Positions 49,766 to 62,454 of a DNA stretch of 64,000 nucleotides are shown here, piece by piece. The stretch's first letter is position 1, and every line of letters starts with the position of its first letter. The notes under the pieces are model-generated. The model had not been told where the DNA came from. It did not search any database and saw nothing but the letters and a program-made list of their open reading frames with translations. This DNA comes from Candidatus Binatia bacterium (GTDB lineage Bacteria; Desulfobacterota; Binatia; Bin18). Position numbers and translations under genes: made by a program. The stretch spans positions 56,020 to 120,019 of the forward strand of contig CAXXHG010000007.1 of NCBI GenBank assembly GCA_963666315.2, given 5' to 3'.

Positions 49766-49832
49766 TTACTGTAGCTCCGCCAACAATGCCTTCGCCGCTT
49801 GCAAGTCTTTCGTATCAAACCCCTCGGTGAAC
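49766..49832 (-). pseudogene. C-terminal stub of an adenylate/guanylate cyclase-ATPase-TPR protein
   Basis: FTEGFDTKDLQAAKALLAELQ*. Confidence 0.75.
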
Positions 49833-50012
49833 GCTGGCCCAACCGATCCAGGTACGCATAGGCATTCGCACCGGCGCCGCATGAGGTTATCGATGATCTC
49901 ACCCACACTCTCAAATACTAACGAAGTTGGGACGATCCCTTCGCGGCAGACACGGAGGCTGAATGTCGGCAAAGAAGCGCCCACCCGACCGCAAGAGAAT
50001 GGTATCCCCCAC

Positions 50013-51566
50013 GTGACCCTACTCGCGAAGAACATTCTTATCCTCGCCGCCGCCCTGCTGTTCGGCACACCTCCCGCAAGCGCGCAACAGGTCCAGGTGC
50101 TGGAGCACGGCACGGTGGAACATAAATCCAGCTCGTTGGTGCAGGTCGATGCCGACACCTACGCCCTCGCCTACCAGGGGCGCCGACACCGACGGGTTCC
50201 TCAAGACCTTCACCATCAGCGCGGACGGCATGACCATCACCCAGGTCCAGGTGCTGGAGCACGACACGGCCCAAGGGACACACAACTCGTTGGTGCAGGT
50301 CGATGCCGACACCTACGCCCTCGCCTACTCTGGCGCCGACGAGGACGGGTTCCTCAAGACCTTCACCATCAGCGCGGACGGCATGACCATCACCCAGGTC
50401 CAGGTGCTGGAGCACGACACGGACCGTAGGGCGCCGCCAACTCGCTGGTGCAGGTCGATGCCGACACCTACGCCCTCGCCTACCAGGGGCGCCGACGGCG
50501 ACGGGTTCCTCAAGACCTTCACCATCACCGCCGACTGTCCGACCGATCTCGTGCTCTCCAACCAAACGATGAGCGGGACGCAGGTCTTCAGATCCGAGAG
50601 CACGATGACGGTCGGGCCGAATATGACCGTCCCGAGCGGGGCCGCGATCACACTGCGGTCGAGGACAATTCGTTTGGAGGCGGGGGTTTCCATACAGTTG
50701 GGGGCAACGTTCACGGCTAACACGGACCCGGACCCCTGTGAGAGTGCCATGGACACAGTGCGCAGGCAGGACCGGGAGTTTGTCTTTGCGGCAGGCGCCG
50801 CGGGGGACGACGAGGGGGACGGCGTATCGAATGCGCTGAGGAATGCGAATGGTGTCCCTGCCTCCGGTGTGGGGGGCCCCATCAGTGGCTCTCCGAACAA
50901 AGCCGGCGACGATCCACTGCTCGACGGCACCCACACCTTCTTACTCATCGACGAGGACTCCATCGACCACGCCACGCCGCCGAACTTCTTCTCGGAGTTG
51001 GACGTGAATGCGGACATGGCCGAGATCGGGCTGCGCGAACGGCTCCTGTTCTTCGCCGACAACCCAGGGGCAATCCTCACTCTGCATACGGGCGCAGTCG
51101 GGGATGAAGGCTGGTTCGCGCTGAAGACGATCCCCGCCTCGTGGGCCGCCGTGGGGCGGACGGGCGAGGGGCTGCGCAATTACCTCCACGCCGATCCCGG
51201 CCTCGGCACCCCCGACCTCGATGGGGACCGGGAGGCACTGCTGGTTCAGATCCCCGATGTCACTCCACTGCGCGCGACCGGCCTCCGGCTGTTGGAGGGG
51301 CAACAGGTCTGCGCCGTGGTCTATGACCGCGATGTCCGCGTGACCTACGCCCCCTTAACGCGGCAGCCTCCACGGGAGCGAACCTCGGGATTGTGGCCTT
51401 TGAGATCCTGGCCGTGACCGAATCGACAGCCTCTTCCCCAGCCGCCCTCCCGCAGGTCGAAATCCAACTTTTGGACGCCGATCGATTGTGCGCCAAGGAA
51501 CTGGCGCTGTTCCTCGATGCCCCAGAACCGTCGTCGTCCTTAGAGCCCTTTGATGTCGTGCCGTAA
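50013..51566 (+). pseudogene. Secreted repeat protein (3 x 51-aa blades, beta domain, C-terminal domain) with several frameshifts
   Basis: Signal peptide ending ASA-QQ; frame shifts near 50178, 50430-50490 and 51360-51380; ends PFDVVP*. Confidence 0.7.
50088..50529 (+). repeat. Three 153-bp tandem coding units
   Basis: CAGGTCCAGGTGCTGGAGCACG at 50088, 50242 and 50395. Confidence 0.95.
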
Positions 51567-51570
51567 CGGG
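51504..51570 (+). repeat. Repeat A partner
   Basis: Matches 29310-29376. Confidence 0.9.
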
Positions 51571-51641
51571 GGCCGCGCCGGCCATCTGGACCTGACCGAT
51601 GATAAATAATGAGGCAATCCCCAACTGAGCATGACAAACGG

Positions 51642-51667
51642 AAAACCCCCTGCAAAAGCAGGGGGTT
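51642..51667 (-). terminator. Intrinsic terminator downstream of tRNA-Thr
   Basis: AACCCCCTGC-TTTT-GCAGGGGGTT followed by TT. Confidence 0.8.
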
Positions 51668-51673
51668 AGAGGA

Positions 51674-51746
<73 letters not shown>

Positions 51747-51837
51747 AGAAGGTTTTGAAGGGATAAACGACCACGTAAACAAAGTCAATCGTAGCCGGTT
51801 TGGGGCGTAGCAATCAAGCGAAGCTTCTTCTCAGAGC

Positions 51838-52476
51838 TTACGGTTCAATTCGGTGCAGGAGCTCTCGGGCCGCCTGGGTAGGATCAGACGCAGCACTGAT
51901 AGCCGAGATCACCGCAACGCCAAGCGCACCGGTCTCAAGAACCTCGGCAACCCGTTCGGCTTTGATACCGCCAATGGCAAAAACCGGGACTGCACTTTGC
52001 TCTACAGCTTCGCGCAAACGGTCGAGCCCTTGGGGTTCGCCATAGGCCGCTTTTGACGGCGTGTAATACACTGGGCCAAAAATAATAAAGTCTGCGCCTT
52101 CGGATGCGGCAATTTCCTGCGGTGTATGGGTTGAAACGCCGATCAGTTTGTCTGGCCCAAGGAGTTGTCGGGCTTCTGCAACAGGGAATGCGCTTTGTCC
52201 CAGGTGGACGCCATCTGCTTCGGTAGCCAGAGCGATATCAATTCGATCGTTAATCAAAAGGCTGGCGTGGTAGCGCAGTGTCAGCTCGCGTAACTGCTCT
52301 GCCAGCTCGTATAGTTCGCGGCCTTCGAGATCTTTCTCTCGGAGCTGGACGGCGCGTACGCCGCCGTCGAGGGCGGCGTGAACAACGTCGACGAGAGGAC
52401 GATCGGCCGTTTGTTTGCGATCGGTGACAAAGTAGAGCCGGAAGTTGAGCAGAGGAACTCCCTTACCTAGCCACAC
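51838..52476 (-). CDS. thiE: Thiamine phosphate synthase
   Basis: LYFVTD, VQLREK, INDRIDIA, DGVHLGQ, GVSTH, FAIGGI. Confidence 0.93.
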   Translation of the reverse strand: MWLGKGVPLLNFRLYFVTDRKQTADRPLVDVVHAALDGGVRAVQLREKDLEGRELYELAEQLRELTLRYHASLLINDRIDIALATEADGVHLGQSAFPVAEARQLLGPDKLIGVSTHTPQEIAASEGADFIIFGPVYYTPSKAAYGEPQGLDRLREAVEQSAVPVFAIGGIKAERVAEVLETGALGVAVISAISAASDPTQAARELLHRIEP

Positions 52477-52550
52477 GGCTTAATACAGCCAAGTTTTCGG
52501 GCAAGGGGGTGTAGCTAGAAGGCTTGGTCTCTGTATTACGACCTGGCAAA

Positions 52551-52592
52551 ACCCACCCCGGCGCTACGCGCCACCCCTCCCAAGAGGGAATT
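52551..52592. repeat. REP-like element
   Basis: ACCCACCCCGGCGCTACGCGCCACCCCTCCCAAGAGGGAATT, intergenic. Confidence 0.55.
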
Positions 52593-52646
52593 TTCTGAAC
52601 GGAAGGGGCCACCGAAGGAACCTTTGGCAATCAGCCCCTACGCGCT

Positions 52647-53429
52647 CTACTCGATAAGGTCACCGAGCGGGCTAGAGGCTGTGGCGTATAACTTCTTGCC
52701 CATACGACCGGCCAGATAGGCCTTTCTGCCCGCGTCAACGCCCAACCGCATGGCCTCGGCCATTAGAATGGGATCTTTGGCTGCCGCAATAGCCGTGTTC
52801 ATTAACACCGCGTCACAACCCATTTCCAGGGCAACGGTAGCGTCGGAAGCCGTCCCGACCCCGGCATCGACAATCACTGGGATCTTGCTGTGTTCAAGGA
52901 TAATGCGAATATTGTACGGGTTGCATATCCCCAGCCCGGAACCTATCGGTGCAGCCAACGGCATGACAGCCGCACAGCCCATGTCTTCGAGCTTTTGGCA
53001 CGAAATCGGATCGTCGTGAATATAGGGCAGGACAATAAAGCCATCGTCGACTAAGAGCTTGGCCGCCTCTAGCGTACCCGGAATGTCGGGGAAGAGCGTC
53101 TTGGGATCTCCAATGACTTCCAGCTTGACCATATTGCCGACCCCGGCCTCGCGTGCCAACCGGCAGGTGCGGACTGCATCCTCGACAGTATAACAGCCGG
53201 CCGTATTGGGCAGGATGGTGTATTGCTTGGGATCGATGTAGTCGAGCAGATTCTCTTTGTTCGGATCGGTGATATTCACGCGCCGGACGGCAACGGTCAC
53301 AATCTCGGCACCCGAGGCCTCAATGGCCTGTTTGGTTTCCGCAAAATCCTTATACTTGCCCGTCCCAACAATCAGTCTGGAAGTGTATTCTTTCCCTGCG
53401 AGTACAAATGGATCCGGTAAATCTGGCAT
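52647..53429 (-). CDS. thiG: Thiazole synthase
   Basis: [39 protein letters not shown]. Confidence 0.97.
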   Translation of the reverse strand: MPDLPDPFVLAGKEYTSRLIVGTGKYKDFAETKQAIEASGAEIVTVAVRRVNITDPNKENLLDYIDPKQYTILPNTAGCYTVEDAVRTCRLAREAGVGNMVKLEVIGDPKTLFPDIPGTLEAAKLLVDDGFIVLPYIHDDPISCQKLEDMGCAAVMPLAAPIGSGLGICNPYNIRIILEHSKIPVIVDAGVGTASDATVALEMGCDAVLMNTAIAAAKDPILMAEAMRLGVDAGRKAYLAGRMGKKLYATASSPLGDLIE

Positions 53430-53458
53430 GGCATCCTCGCTGTATAGATCTCAGTAAA

Positions 53459-53662
53459 TCAGCAGCCGCCGCCCACGAAGTGCACGATCTCAACCTCATC
53501 ACCGTGCTTTAAACCGTGGTGCACGTATTCTTCATGCGGGATAATATCCTGGTTGACTTCGACGGCGATCCGCTTTTTTCCGAGGCCCAATTCTTCCACT
53601 AAATTCGCGATAGTTGCGCCCTCTCGGCACTCACGCTCATCGCCGTTGAGCCTCACTGTCAT
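53459..53662 (-). CDS. thiS: Sulfur carrier ThiS
   Basis: IAVEVN, GDEVEIVHFVGGG followed by C. Confidence 0.93.
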   Translation of the reverse strand: MTVRLNGDERECREGATIANLVEELGLGKKRIAVEVNQDIIPHEEYVHHGLKHGDEVEIVHFVGGGC

Positions 53663-53846
53663 CGCGGCCTACCATATGCCCACGGGTTTGCCTTTACAAC
53701 CCAGGAGGCTTCTGGTATTTCCCTGTCTGCCCATCCTGATGGAGATCTTTCCGACGCGTCAAGAACTATCAATGACCCCATCTCTGAGAAACGAGATGTC
53801 GAAACAACAGAGGTCATAATGGCGCTGCATAACCAAGGAGAAGGAC

Positions 53847-55433
53847 ATGGCTACCGTCACGCGCGCGCTCATTAGTGTGAGCGATAAACGCGGCATTGTT
53901 GACCTGGCTCGCGGCCTGGTCGCGCTTGACATTGAAATTCTCTCAACCGGCGGTACGGCCAAGGCGCTCACTGAAGCCGGCATTGCCGTCACGCCGGTCG
54001 AAAAGTTTACCGGCTTTCCCGAAATGCTCGACGGGCGGGTAAAAACTCTGCACCCGCGGATTCATGCCGGCATTCTTCACCGCCGTAGCGACCCGAATCA
54101 TCAGCAGGCTATGGCCGCACATGACCTCAAGCCGATCGATCTGATTGTGGTCAATCTCTACCCGTTCGAGCAAACCGTTGCGCGGCTTGACTGCACCTTT
54201 GCCGACGCCATAGAAAACATTGACATCGGCGGCCCGTCTCTCTTGCGAGCCGCAGCCAAAAACCATGCGGACGTCGGCGTGATTGTCGATCCGGACGACT
54301 ACCCAACCATCCTTGCTGCGCTCAAAGAGAAGGGCGTACTCTCCGCCGAGCAAAAGCTCGGTCTGGCCAAGAAGGCGTTTCGTCTGACTGCCCGCTATGA
54401 CGGTGCAATCTCGGATTATCTGGGCAGTCTCGATGGCGAGGAACGGCTGCCCTTCGGCGAGACACTGCATTTGCAGTACACCAAGGCTCAAAACCTGCGT
54501 TATGGCGAAAACCCGCATCAGTCGGCGGCCTTTTATCGGAGTCCGGTTATTCAGGAGCCCTGTATCGCCAATGCCAAACAGCTTCAAGGCAAGGCATTAT
54601 CGTATAACAATATCGTGGATGCCAACGCTGCGTTTGAGCTGCTCAAAGAGTTCGATGAGATCACAGCTGTGGCTATTAAGCATACCAATCCGTGTGGCGT
54701 AGCCACCTCGGCCGACTCACTGGCCGATGCGTTTCGCAAAGCACGCGCGTGTGATCCTGTTTCGATCTTCGGCGGGATTGTGGGTTTAAACCGCGCAGTC
54801 GATGCAGCCACGGCCCAAGAAATCCTCAACCTTTACGAAAAGGGGTTTCTGGAAATCATGATCGCACCGAGCTATGCGCCAAAAGCGTTAGACATGCTGG
54901 CGTCGTCAAAACGGCTGCAGAATATCCGCCTCATGGAAATCCCGGATATCGCGGACGCGCATCCGGCCCGTTATGAGGCCAAGCCGGTTGTCGGTGGATT
55001 GTTATATCAGGAACGTGACACCGGCCACGTGAACGTCAGAGACTGTCAGGTCGTGACCAAACGCCGACCAACGGACGCCGAGTACCAGGCCCTCGCCTTT
55101 GCCTGGCGGGTATGTAAACACGTCAAGTCCAATGCCATTGTATTGACCGCCAGCGACCAAGTTATCGGCGTAGGAGCGGGACAAATGAGTCGGGTGGATG
55201 CGGCTAAAATCGCCGTCTCTCGTGCCCAACAGATTGGCCTGGAAACACTAGGATCAGTTGTTGCCTCGGATGCCTTCTTTCCATTCCGTGACGGACTCGA
55301 TGTGGTTGCCAAAGCCGGGGCAACTGCGGCCATTCAACCCGGTGGAAGCATGCGGGATAAAGACATTATCGAGGCCGCAGAGGAACACGGCATGGCGATG
55401 ATCATGACCGGCGTGCGCCATTTCCGTCATTAA
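53847..55433 (+). CDS. purH: Bifunctional AICAR transformylase/IMP cyclohydrolase
   Basis: [44 protein letters not shown]. Confidence 0.98.
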   Translation: MATVTRALISVSDKRGIVDLARGLVALDIEILSTGGTAKALTEAGIAVTPVEKFTGFPEMLDGRVKTLHPRIHAGILHRRSDPNHQQAMAAHDLKPIDLIVVNLYPFEQTVARLDCTFADAIENIDIGGPSLLRAAAKNHADVGVIVDPDDYPTILAALKEKGVLSAEQKLGLAKKAFRLTARYDGAISDYLGSLDGEERLPFGETLHLQYTKAQNLRYGENPHQSAAFYRSPVIQEPCIANAKQLQGKALSYNNIVDANAAFELLKEFDEITAVAIKHTNPCGVATSADSLADAFRKARACDPVSIFGGIVGLNRAVDAATAQEILNLYEKGFLEIMIAPSYAPKALDMLASSKRLQNIRLMEIPDIADAHPARYEAKPVVGGLLYQERDTGHVNVRDCQVVTKRRPTDAEYQALAFAWRVCKHVKSNAIVLTASDQVIGVGAGQMSRVDAAKIAVSRAQQIGLETLGSVVASDAFFPFRDGLDVVAKAGATAAIQPGGSMRDKDIIEAAEEHGMAMIMTGVRHFRH

Positions 55434-55445
55434 GATGCACTAATT

Positions 55446-56723
55446 ATGAAAATCCTCGTTATCGGCAGCGGCGGCCGCGAACACGCCCTGGTGTGGAAAA
55501 TCTGCCAGAGTTCACGTGTTTCCAAAGTCTACTGCGCGCCGGGTAACGCCGGCATTGCCGAGCAGGCCGAACTGGTTGCGCTTGCGGCGGATGATATTGA
55601 CGGGCTGTGCCGATTTGCTGAAAAAGAGCAGATTGATCTGACCGTGGTCGGGCCCGAAATACCGCTCAGCATAGGCATTGTGGATCTATTCGAAGCACGT
55701 GGCCTGCGTGCCTTTGGGCCAAACCGGGACGCGGCCCAGCTCGAAGGCAGTAAAGCCTTTAGTAAAGAACTGATGCGCCAACAGGGCGTACCAACTGCAG
55801 CATTTGGCGTTTTCAGCGACCCGGATGAGGCGAGTCGGTATATAGAACAGGTTGGTGCGCCTATTGTGGTCAAAGCCGACGGCCTGGCGGCTGGGAAAGG
55901 CGTCCTCTTGTGTGCGACGCAAGCTGAGGCCCATGACGCCGTCACAGCAATCATGCGCGACCGTCAGTTTGGGGCAGCCGGCAATCAAGTCGTTATTGAA
56001 GAATTTCTGCAGGGCGAAGAGGCGTCGTTCCTGGCCTTTAGCGATGGCAGCCATATTCTTCCCCTGGCATCCTCTCAGGATCACAAGCAGGTGTTTGACG
56101 GAGACCAAGGGCCGAATACGGGAGGCATGGGCGCCTACTCCCCGGCCCCGGTTGTGACTCCGGCTTTGGCTGATCAGATTGTCCAAGAGATTCTCACTCC
56201 TGTCGTGCAAGGCCTCAGACAGCGCAATATTGTCTATAAAGGCGTCCTGTACGCCGGCCTGATGATCCAGGACGGCCTGGCCAAGGTATTGGAGTTTAAC
56301 GTTCGCTTCGGTGACCCGGAATGTCAGCCACTCATGCTGCGGCTGCGGTCCGACCTGGTAGAGGTCATGGACGCGGTGATTGATGAACGCCTCGACCACG
56401 TCATCCTCGACTGGGACGAGCGGCCGGCGGTCTGTGTGGTCCTGACCGCCGCAGGCTATCCTGGCAGCTATGAGAAGGAGAAAACGATTTCAGGTCTTGA
56501 GCGGTTCTCTGACTGGCAAGACGGTGCGGTTTTTCATGCCGGTACGAAGAGGAAGGCAGATGTGCTTGTGACCAACGGCGGTCGTGTTTTAGGCGTTACC
56601 GCAACCGGCACAGATATCGGTCAGGCATTGAGCGCGACCTATCAAGCCGTTGAACGTATTTCGTGGTCGGGCATGCACTATCGCCGCGATATTGCTCAAC
56701 GCGCTCTGAAGCGCGACCCATAG
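55446..56723 (+). CDS. purD: Phosphoribosylamine-glycine ligase
   Basis: GSGGREHAL, KADGLAAGKGV, QDHK, NTGGMG, RFGDPE. Confidence 0.98.
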   Translation: MKILVIGSGGREHALVWKICQSSRVSKVYCAPGNAGIAEQAELVALAADDIDGLCRFAEKEQIDLTVVGPEIPLSIGIVDLFEARGLRAFGPNRDAAQLEGSKAFSKELMRQQGVPTAAFGVFSDPDEASRYIEQVGAPIVVKADGLAAGKGVLLCATQAEAHDAVTAIMRDRQFGAAGNQVVIEEFLQGEEASFLAFSDGSHILPLASSQDHKQVFDGDQGPNTGGMGAYSPAPVVTPALADQIVQEILTPVVQGLRQRNIVYKGVLYAGLMIQDGLAKVLEFNVRFGDPECQPLMLRLRSDLVEVMDAVIDERLDHVILDWDERPAVCVVLTAAGYPGSYEKEKTISGLERFSDWQDGAVFHAGTKRKADVLVTNGGRVLGVTATGTDIGQALSATYQAVERISWSGMHYRRDIAQRALKRDP

Positions 56724-56731
56724 GAAAATAT

Positions 56732-58108
56732 ATGGCCCACATTCGCCCCTTTCGTGCAATCCGTTATAATCCAGCCGTCGTCGGAGGCCTGCAGAAGGTG
56801 GTGGCCCCGCCGTACGATGTGATCAGTCCGCAGCAGCAAACGCTTTTGCACATGCAGAGCCCTTATAATGCCGTACACCTGGACTTTAACAAGGAAGCAG
56901 ATCCATATGCGGCGGCGGCCCAGACTTTTCAGACCTGGTTGTCGCAACAAGTCGTGCAGCAGGATCCTGAGCCGGCTTTCTACTGCTACTCACAGGAATT
57001 CAGCCTCAAAAACGGACAGCAACGGCGACGCATCGGTATCTTCACCGCGCTGCGTCTCGAAGAGTTTGAGTCCGGTATTATCCGCCCGCACGAGCGCACG
57101 TTCGAGCCGGCCAAAAAAGATCGCCTCGCCCTGTTGCGTGCCTGTCAGACCCATCTGAGTTCGATTTTTTGTCTTTACTCAGGATCAACTGGATCGGCAG
57201 GGTCGGCTGGATCAGCAGGGTCAAATTGGTCGCTTGAACAGACCTTGCAGGCAGAACTCGCCCAGCCGGCTGCGGTTGACATACAGGACGACGCCGGCGT
57301 AACCCATCGCCTGTGGCCGATTACCAATCCGGACACGATAGCAGACTTGCGTACCCGACTTGCGGATGCACCCCTGATTATCGCGGATGGGCATCATCGC
57401 TATGAAACTGCTCTGCAGTACTGTCGAGAGCGTGCGTCTCAAGCATCTGAAGCAGAGCCGAATGGCTCAAGTGACTCAGCCAGCTCAACCAACCCAACCG
57501 GCGAGGAGCCATTTCGCTATGTCTTAGCCTATCTCACTAATGCGGAAGACCCAGGTCTCACCATTCTGCCCACCCATCGGCTTATCCAGCAGACACGTTT
57601 CCCGAGTGCGGCCAGTCTTCAGGCTGTCCTCAAGCGTGACTTTCGGCTGGCCCGTTATGCGCTCAGACAACGGGAGGCCTTTATGGCTGCGCTCGCCGCC
57701 CCTGTCCAAAACGGGCGATATGGACAGGAGCGGCGCATAGGCTGTGTGCTAGCCGACGCCGAGCACTACTGGCTGTTGTCCTTTGATGACCGAGTGACCC
57801 ACGGTCTGCCGGCATCAAAGGCGATGATAGAGCTGGATGTGACGGTCCTACACGACGTAATTTTCCAACGCTTTCTTGGCTTGCCGCCAGAAGTCCAGAA
57901 AGGGGCGGTCTCATATACAAGTGACGAGGATGAGGCATTCCGGCTCGTTGCCGAGCGGCAGTGCCAAGCCGCATTTCTGCTACGCTCGGCCACGTTCGAA
58001 CAGATCAAGCGGGTGTGCGACGGAGGAGAAACGATGCCCCAGAAGTCAACCTATTTCTACCCCAAGCTTCTGACCGGCCTCGTTTTCTACCATCTCGGAA
58101 AAGAGTAA
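56732..58108 (+). CDS. DUF1015 family protein
   Basis: APPYDVI, PHERT, IADGHHRYETA, MPQKSTYFYPK; contains Gly/Ser-rich insertions. Confidence 0.92.
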   Translation: MAHIRPFRAIRYNPAVVGGLQKVVAPPYDVISPQQQTLLHMQSPYNAVHLDFNKEADPYAAAAQTFQTWLSQQVVQQDPEPAFYCYSQEFSLKNGQQRRRIGIFTALRLEEFESGIIRPHERTFEPAKKDRLALLRACQTHLSSIFCLYSGSTGSAGSAGSAGSNWSLEQTLQAELAQPAAVDIQDDAGVTHRLWPITNPDTIADLRTRLADAPLIIADGHHRYETALQYCRERASQASEAEPNGSSDSASSTNPTGEEPFRYVLAYLTNAEDPGLTILPTHRLIQQTRFPSAASLQAVLKRDFRLARYALRQREAFMAALAAPVQNGRYGQERRIGCVLADAEHYWLLSFDDRVTHGLPASKAMIELDVTVLHDVIFQRFLGLPPEVQKGAVSYTSDEDEAFRLVAERQCQAAFLLRSATFEQIKRVCDGGETMPQKSTYFYPKLLTGLVFYHLGKE

Positions 58109-58112
58109 TTTC

Positions 58113-58748
58113 TTAAAAGCGTCGGCCACCACCGGCACCACCGCCACCGCCGCCGCCAAGTCGGCGTCGTTCCGGCGGGCGGGCTTCGTTGATCTTCAGG
58201 ATTCTGCCTAGCACCTCTTGGCCGTTAAACTTTTGGATAACGGCCTGAGCATCCTCCTTTGAGCCCATCTCAACAAAAGCAAAGCCCTTCGATTGTCCGG
58301 AGAAGCGGTCCGATACAACCATGACCGAGCTGACCTCGCCAGCCTCGGCAAAGACCTTTTCCAAGTCGGCGTTGCCCGCCGTGTAGGGCAGATTCCCCAC
58401 AAAAAGCCGTGTGCCTGAGGAGGCTTGGGGACGCATCGGAGGTCTGCCCGCAGACGAAGGGCCTCTGTCACGGCCACCGCGCGCGAGCATGGGTCCGCCG
58501 CGGCTGGGTTTCGCCTCATTAACCGTTAGGGTCTGGCCGTCCACTTCTTTCCCATTCAAGCCTGCAATCGCAGCCTGGGCAAACTCCTCGGTCTCCATTT
58601 CGATAAAGCCGAATCCCCGTGACAAGCCGGTCGCAGGGTCGGTCATAAGTTCGGCGGATTGGAGCGTACCAAAAGGGGTGAATAAGTCCTCAAGGTCGGG
58701 AAAACATAACAAGGGGGCTAAATTGCCAACGTATAATTTTATAGCCAA
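58113..58748 (-). CDS. RNA-binding protein with two RRM domains and Gly-rich tail
   Basis: LYVGNL/RGFGFIEM and LFVGNL/KGFAFVEM. Confidence 0.92.
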   Translation of the reverse strand: MAIKLYVGNLAPLLCFPDLEDLFTPFGTLQSAELMTDPATGLSRGFGFIEMETEEFAQAAIAGLNGKEVDGQTLTVNEAKPSRGGPMLARGGRDRGPSSAGRPPMRPQASSGTRLFVGNLPYTAGNADLEKVFAEAGEVSSVMVVSDRFSGQSKGFAFVEMGSKEDAQAVIQKFNGQEVLGRILKINEARPPERRRLGGGGGGGAGGGRRF

Positions 58749-58771
58749 AAAGAAATCTCCTCTATTCCAGA

Positions 58772-59062
58772 CTACCGGTTGCGATCATCTCCATAATCTC
58801 CGCCACCTCGCCGCTCCTGAGGCTTGGCCTCATTGACGGTCAGCGCTCGCCCCTCGAATTCGTATCCGTTCAATCGTTCGATCGCGGCTTGGGCCTCTTC
58901 TTCACTGCCCATTTCAATAAAACCGAATCCTCGCGAGCGACCGGAAAATCGATCCATAATAATCGTCACTGAAGAGACCGAGCCAGACTCGGCAAAGAGG
59001 GTTTCAAGTTCCCCCTCCGTTGTTTTGAACGAGAGATTGCCAATAAAAAGTCTCAGCGCCAA
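58772..59062 (-). CDS. Single-RRM RNA-binding protein
   Basis: LFIGNL, SRGFGFIEM, LTVNEAKP; RBS GGAGG before TTG. Confidence 0.93.
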   Translation of the reverse strand: MALRLFIGNLSFKTTEGELETLFAESGSVSSVTIIMDRFSGRSRGFGFIEMGSEEEAQAAIERLNGYEFEGRALTVNEAKPQERRGGGDYGDDRNR

Positions 59063-59301
59063 CTTTCACCTCCGTAGTGCATACACACAGACCCGGTGAA
59101 CCCATAAGCAGGTTCCGGGAGTCTCAAACGAGGCTTGCCAGTCTTGCGACTCTTGAACCAACTTAGGCAACACACGGGACAATTTACGCGGACGTAGTGG
59201 GGGAGGGTAGCAAATTCTAGTTTTGATTACAACGAAAAAAGAAACGGGCCCAAAAATTTATTGTCTGGAGTAGCGAGGGATGATAGCATTTCCGCTCATC
59301 A

Positions 59302-60228
59302 ATGCAGATCTCTTCACACACTATAGGCGTCCAACCTCCCAGTACCGATCTGTCGGCGGTCATCCTCGCCGGAGGAAAAAGTTCCCGTATGGGCAAGGCC
59401 AAAGCTCTCTTGCCCTTCGATGGAAAGCCCTTGATCGCCCACCTTATTGATCGTCTCGCCGAGCGGTTTGCCGATATTGTTGTGGTTGCCGCACCGGACC
59501 AGACACTGCCGGCTTTACCCGTTACCGTCGTTCAGGATGAAGTCGCTCACCAGGGGCCGGTAGGTGGCATCTGTTATGGCTTGCAAGCCATACGGGGGAC
59601 AGCGGCCTTTGTCACCTCGTGCGATGTTGCTTTCTTACAGCTGCCTTTAATCGAGTATTTGACTTCTCTGCTCAAAGACTATGACGTTGTTGTCCCGTTC
59701 TGGCAGGAGCGGCTCCAGCCACTGCACGCGGTCTATCGCCACAGTGTCGTGCCTCGCTTACAGGAACAGCTTGCACACAAACGGCTGCGCCCGATCTTCT
59801 TGTACGACACGGTACCGACACGAAAAGTGTCTCCGGAAGAGATTAAACGGTTTGACCCCGAGGGCTTGAGTTTCCTCAACATGAACACTGAGGCCGACTA
59901 CCAAGATGCGCTGGCTCGGTGGCGCACGTTATATCCACCGGTGTCGTGTACAGTTGAGCTGTTTGGCGTGGCGCGCCTCAAAGCGAACACCACCCAGGTT
60001 GCGCTCATTCTGCGGGCTGAAGCAACACTCGAGGACGCGCTTGCAGCTTTGGCGGCCGCATGCCCGCAGCTCGTTGGCCCGGTTCTTTCTTCGGATGAGG
60101 CAGGCTATCCTGCGCTCCTCAGTGGATACGCCTGCAATATAAACGGAAAACACTTTATCAGAGACGCGCATACTCCCATTCAGGCCGGAGATAGTTTACT
60201 CATCTTATCGAGTGATGCCGGAGGATGA
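59302..60228 (+). CDS. MobA-like Mo/W-cofactor nucleotidyltransferase fused to a C-terminal MoaD/ThiS domain
   Basis: ILAGGKSSRMG..K, SCD, QPLHAVY, NMNT; then VELFG...AGDSLLILSSDAGG. Confidence 0.88.
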   Translation: MQISSHTIGVQPPSTDLSAVILAGGKSSRMGKAKALLPFDGKPLIAHLIDRLAERFADIVVVAAPDQTLPALPVTVVQDEVAHQGPVGGICYGLQAIRGTAAFVTSCDVAFLQLPLIEYLTSLLKDYDVVVPFWQERLQPLHAVYRHSVVPRLQEQLAHKRLRPIFLYDTVPTRKVSPEEIKRFDPEGLSFLNMNTEADYQDALARWRTLYPPVSCTVELFGVARLKANTTQVALILRAEATLEDALAALAAACPQLVGPVLSSDEAGYPALLSGYACNINGKHFIRDAHTPIQAGDSLLILSSDAGG

Positions 60229-60243
60229 GTCAGGTGAGGATGA

Positions 60244-62440
<2,197 letters not shown>

Positions 62441-62454
62441 AGAGCTACCTAATC

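Larger units (their letters stand above)
29310..51570. mobile_element. Eroded tRNA-Thr-adjacent genomic island containing a phage-satellite-like core; boundaries approximate
   Basis: Recombinases, PrimPol-helicase, terS, integrase stubs, duplicated modules, terminal direct repeat A, adjacent tRNA 3' end. Confidence 0.65.

Noticed and set aside
50088-50529. 153-bp repeats as CRISPR or DGR template/variable repeats
   Set aside because: Units are too long and coding, there is no reverse transcriptase, and differences are not adenine-restricted.
53663-53846. TPP or ZMP/ZTP riboswitch between thiS and purH
   Set aside because: Small hairpins exist, and a CTGAGA lies on the wrong strand for thiS, but the remaining consensus elements are not recognisable.
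57182-57223. GS(T/A) 9-bp repeats in DUF1015
   Set aside because: Degenerate low-complexity in-frame linker with no evidence of function.
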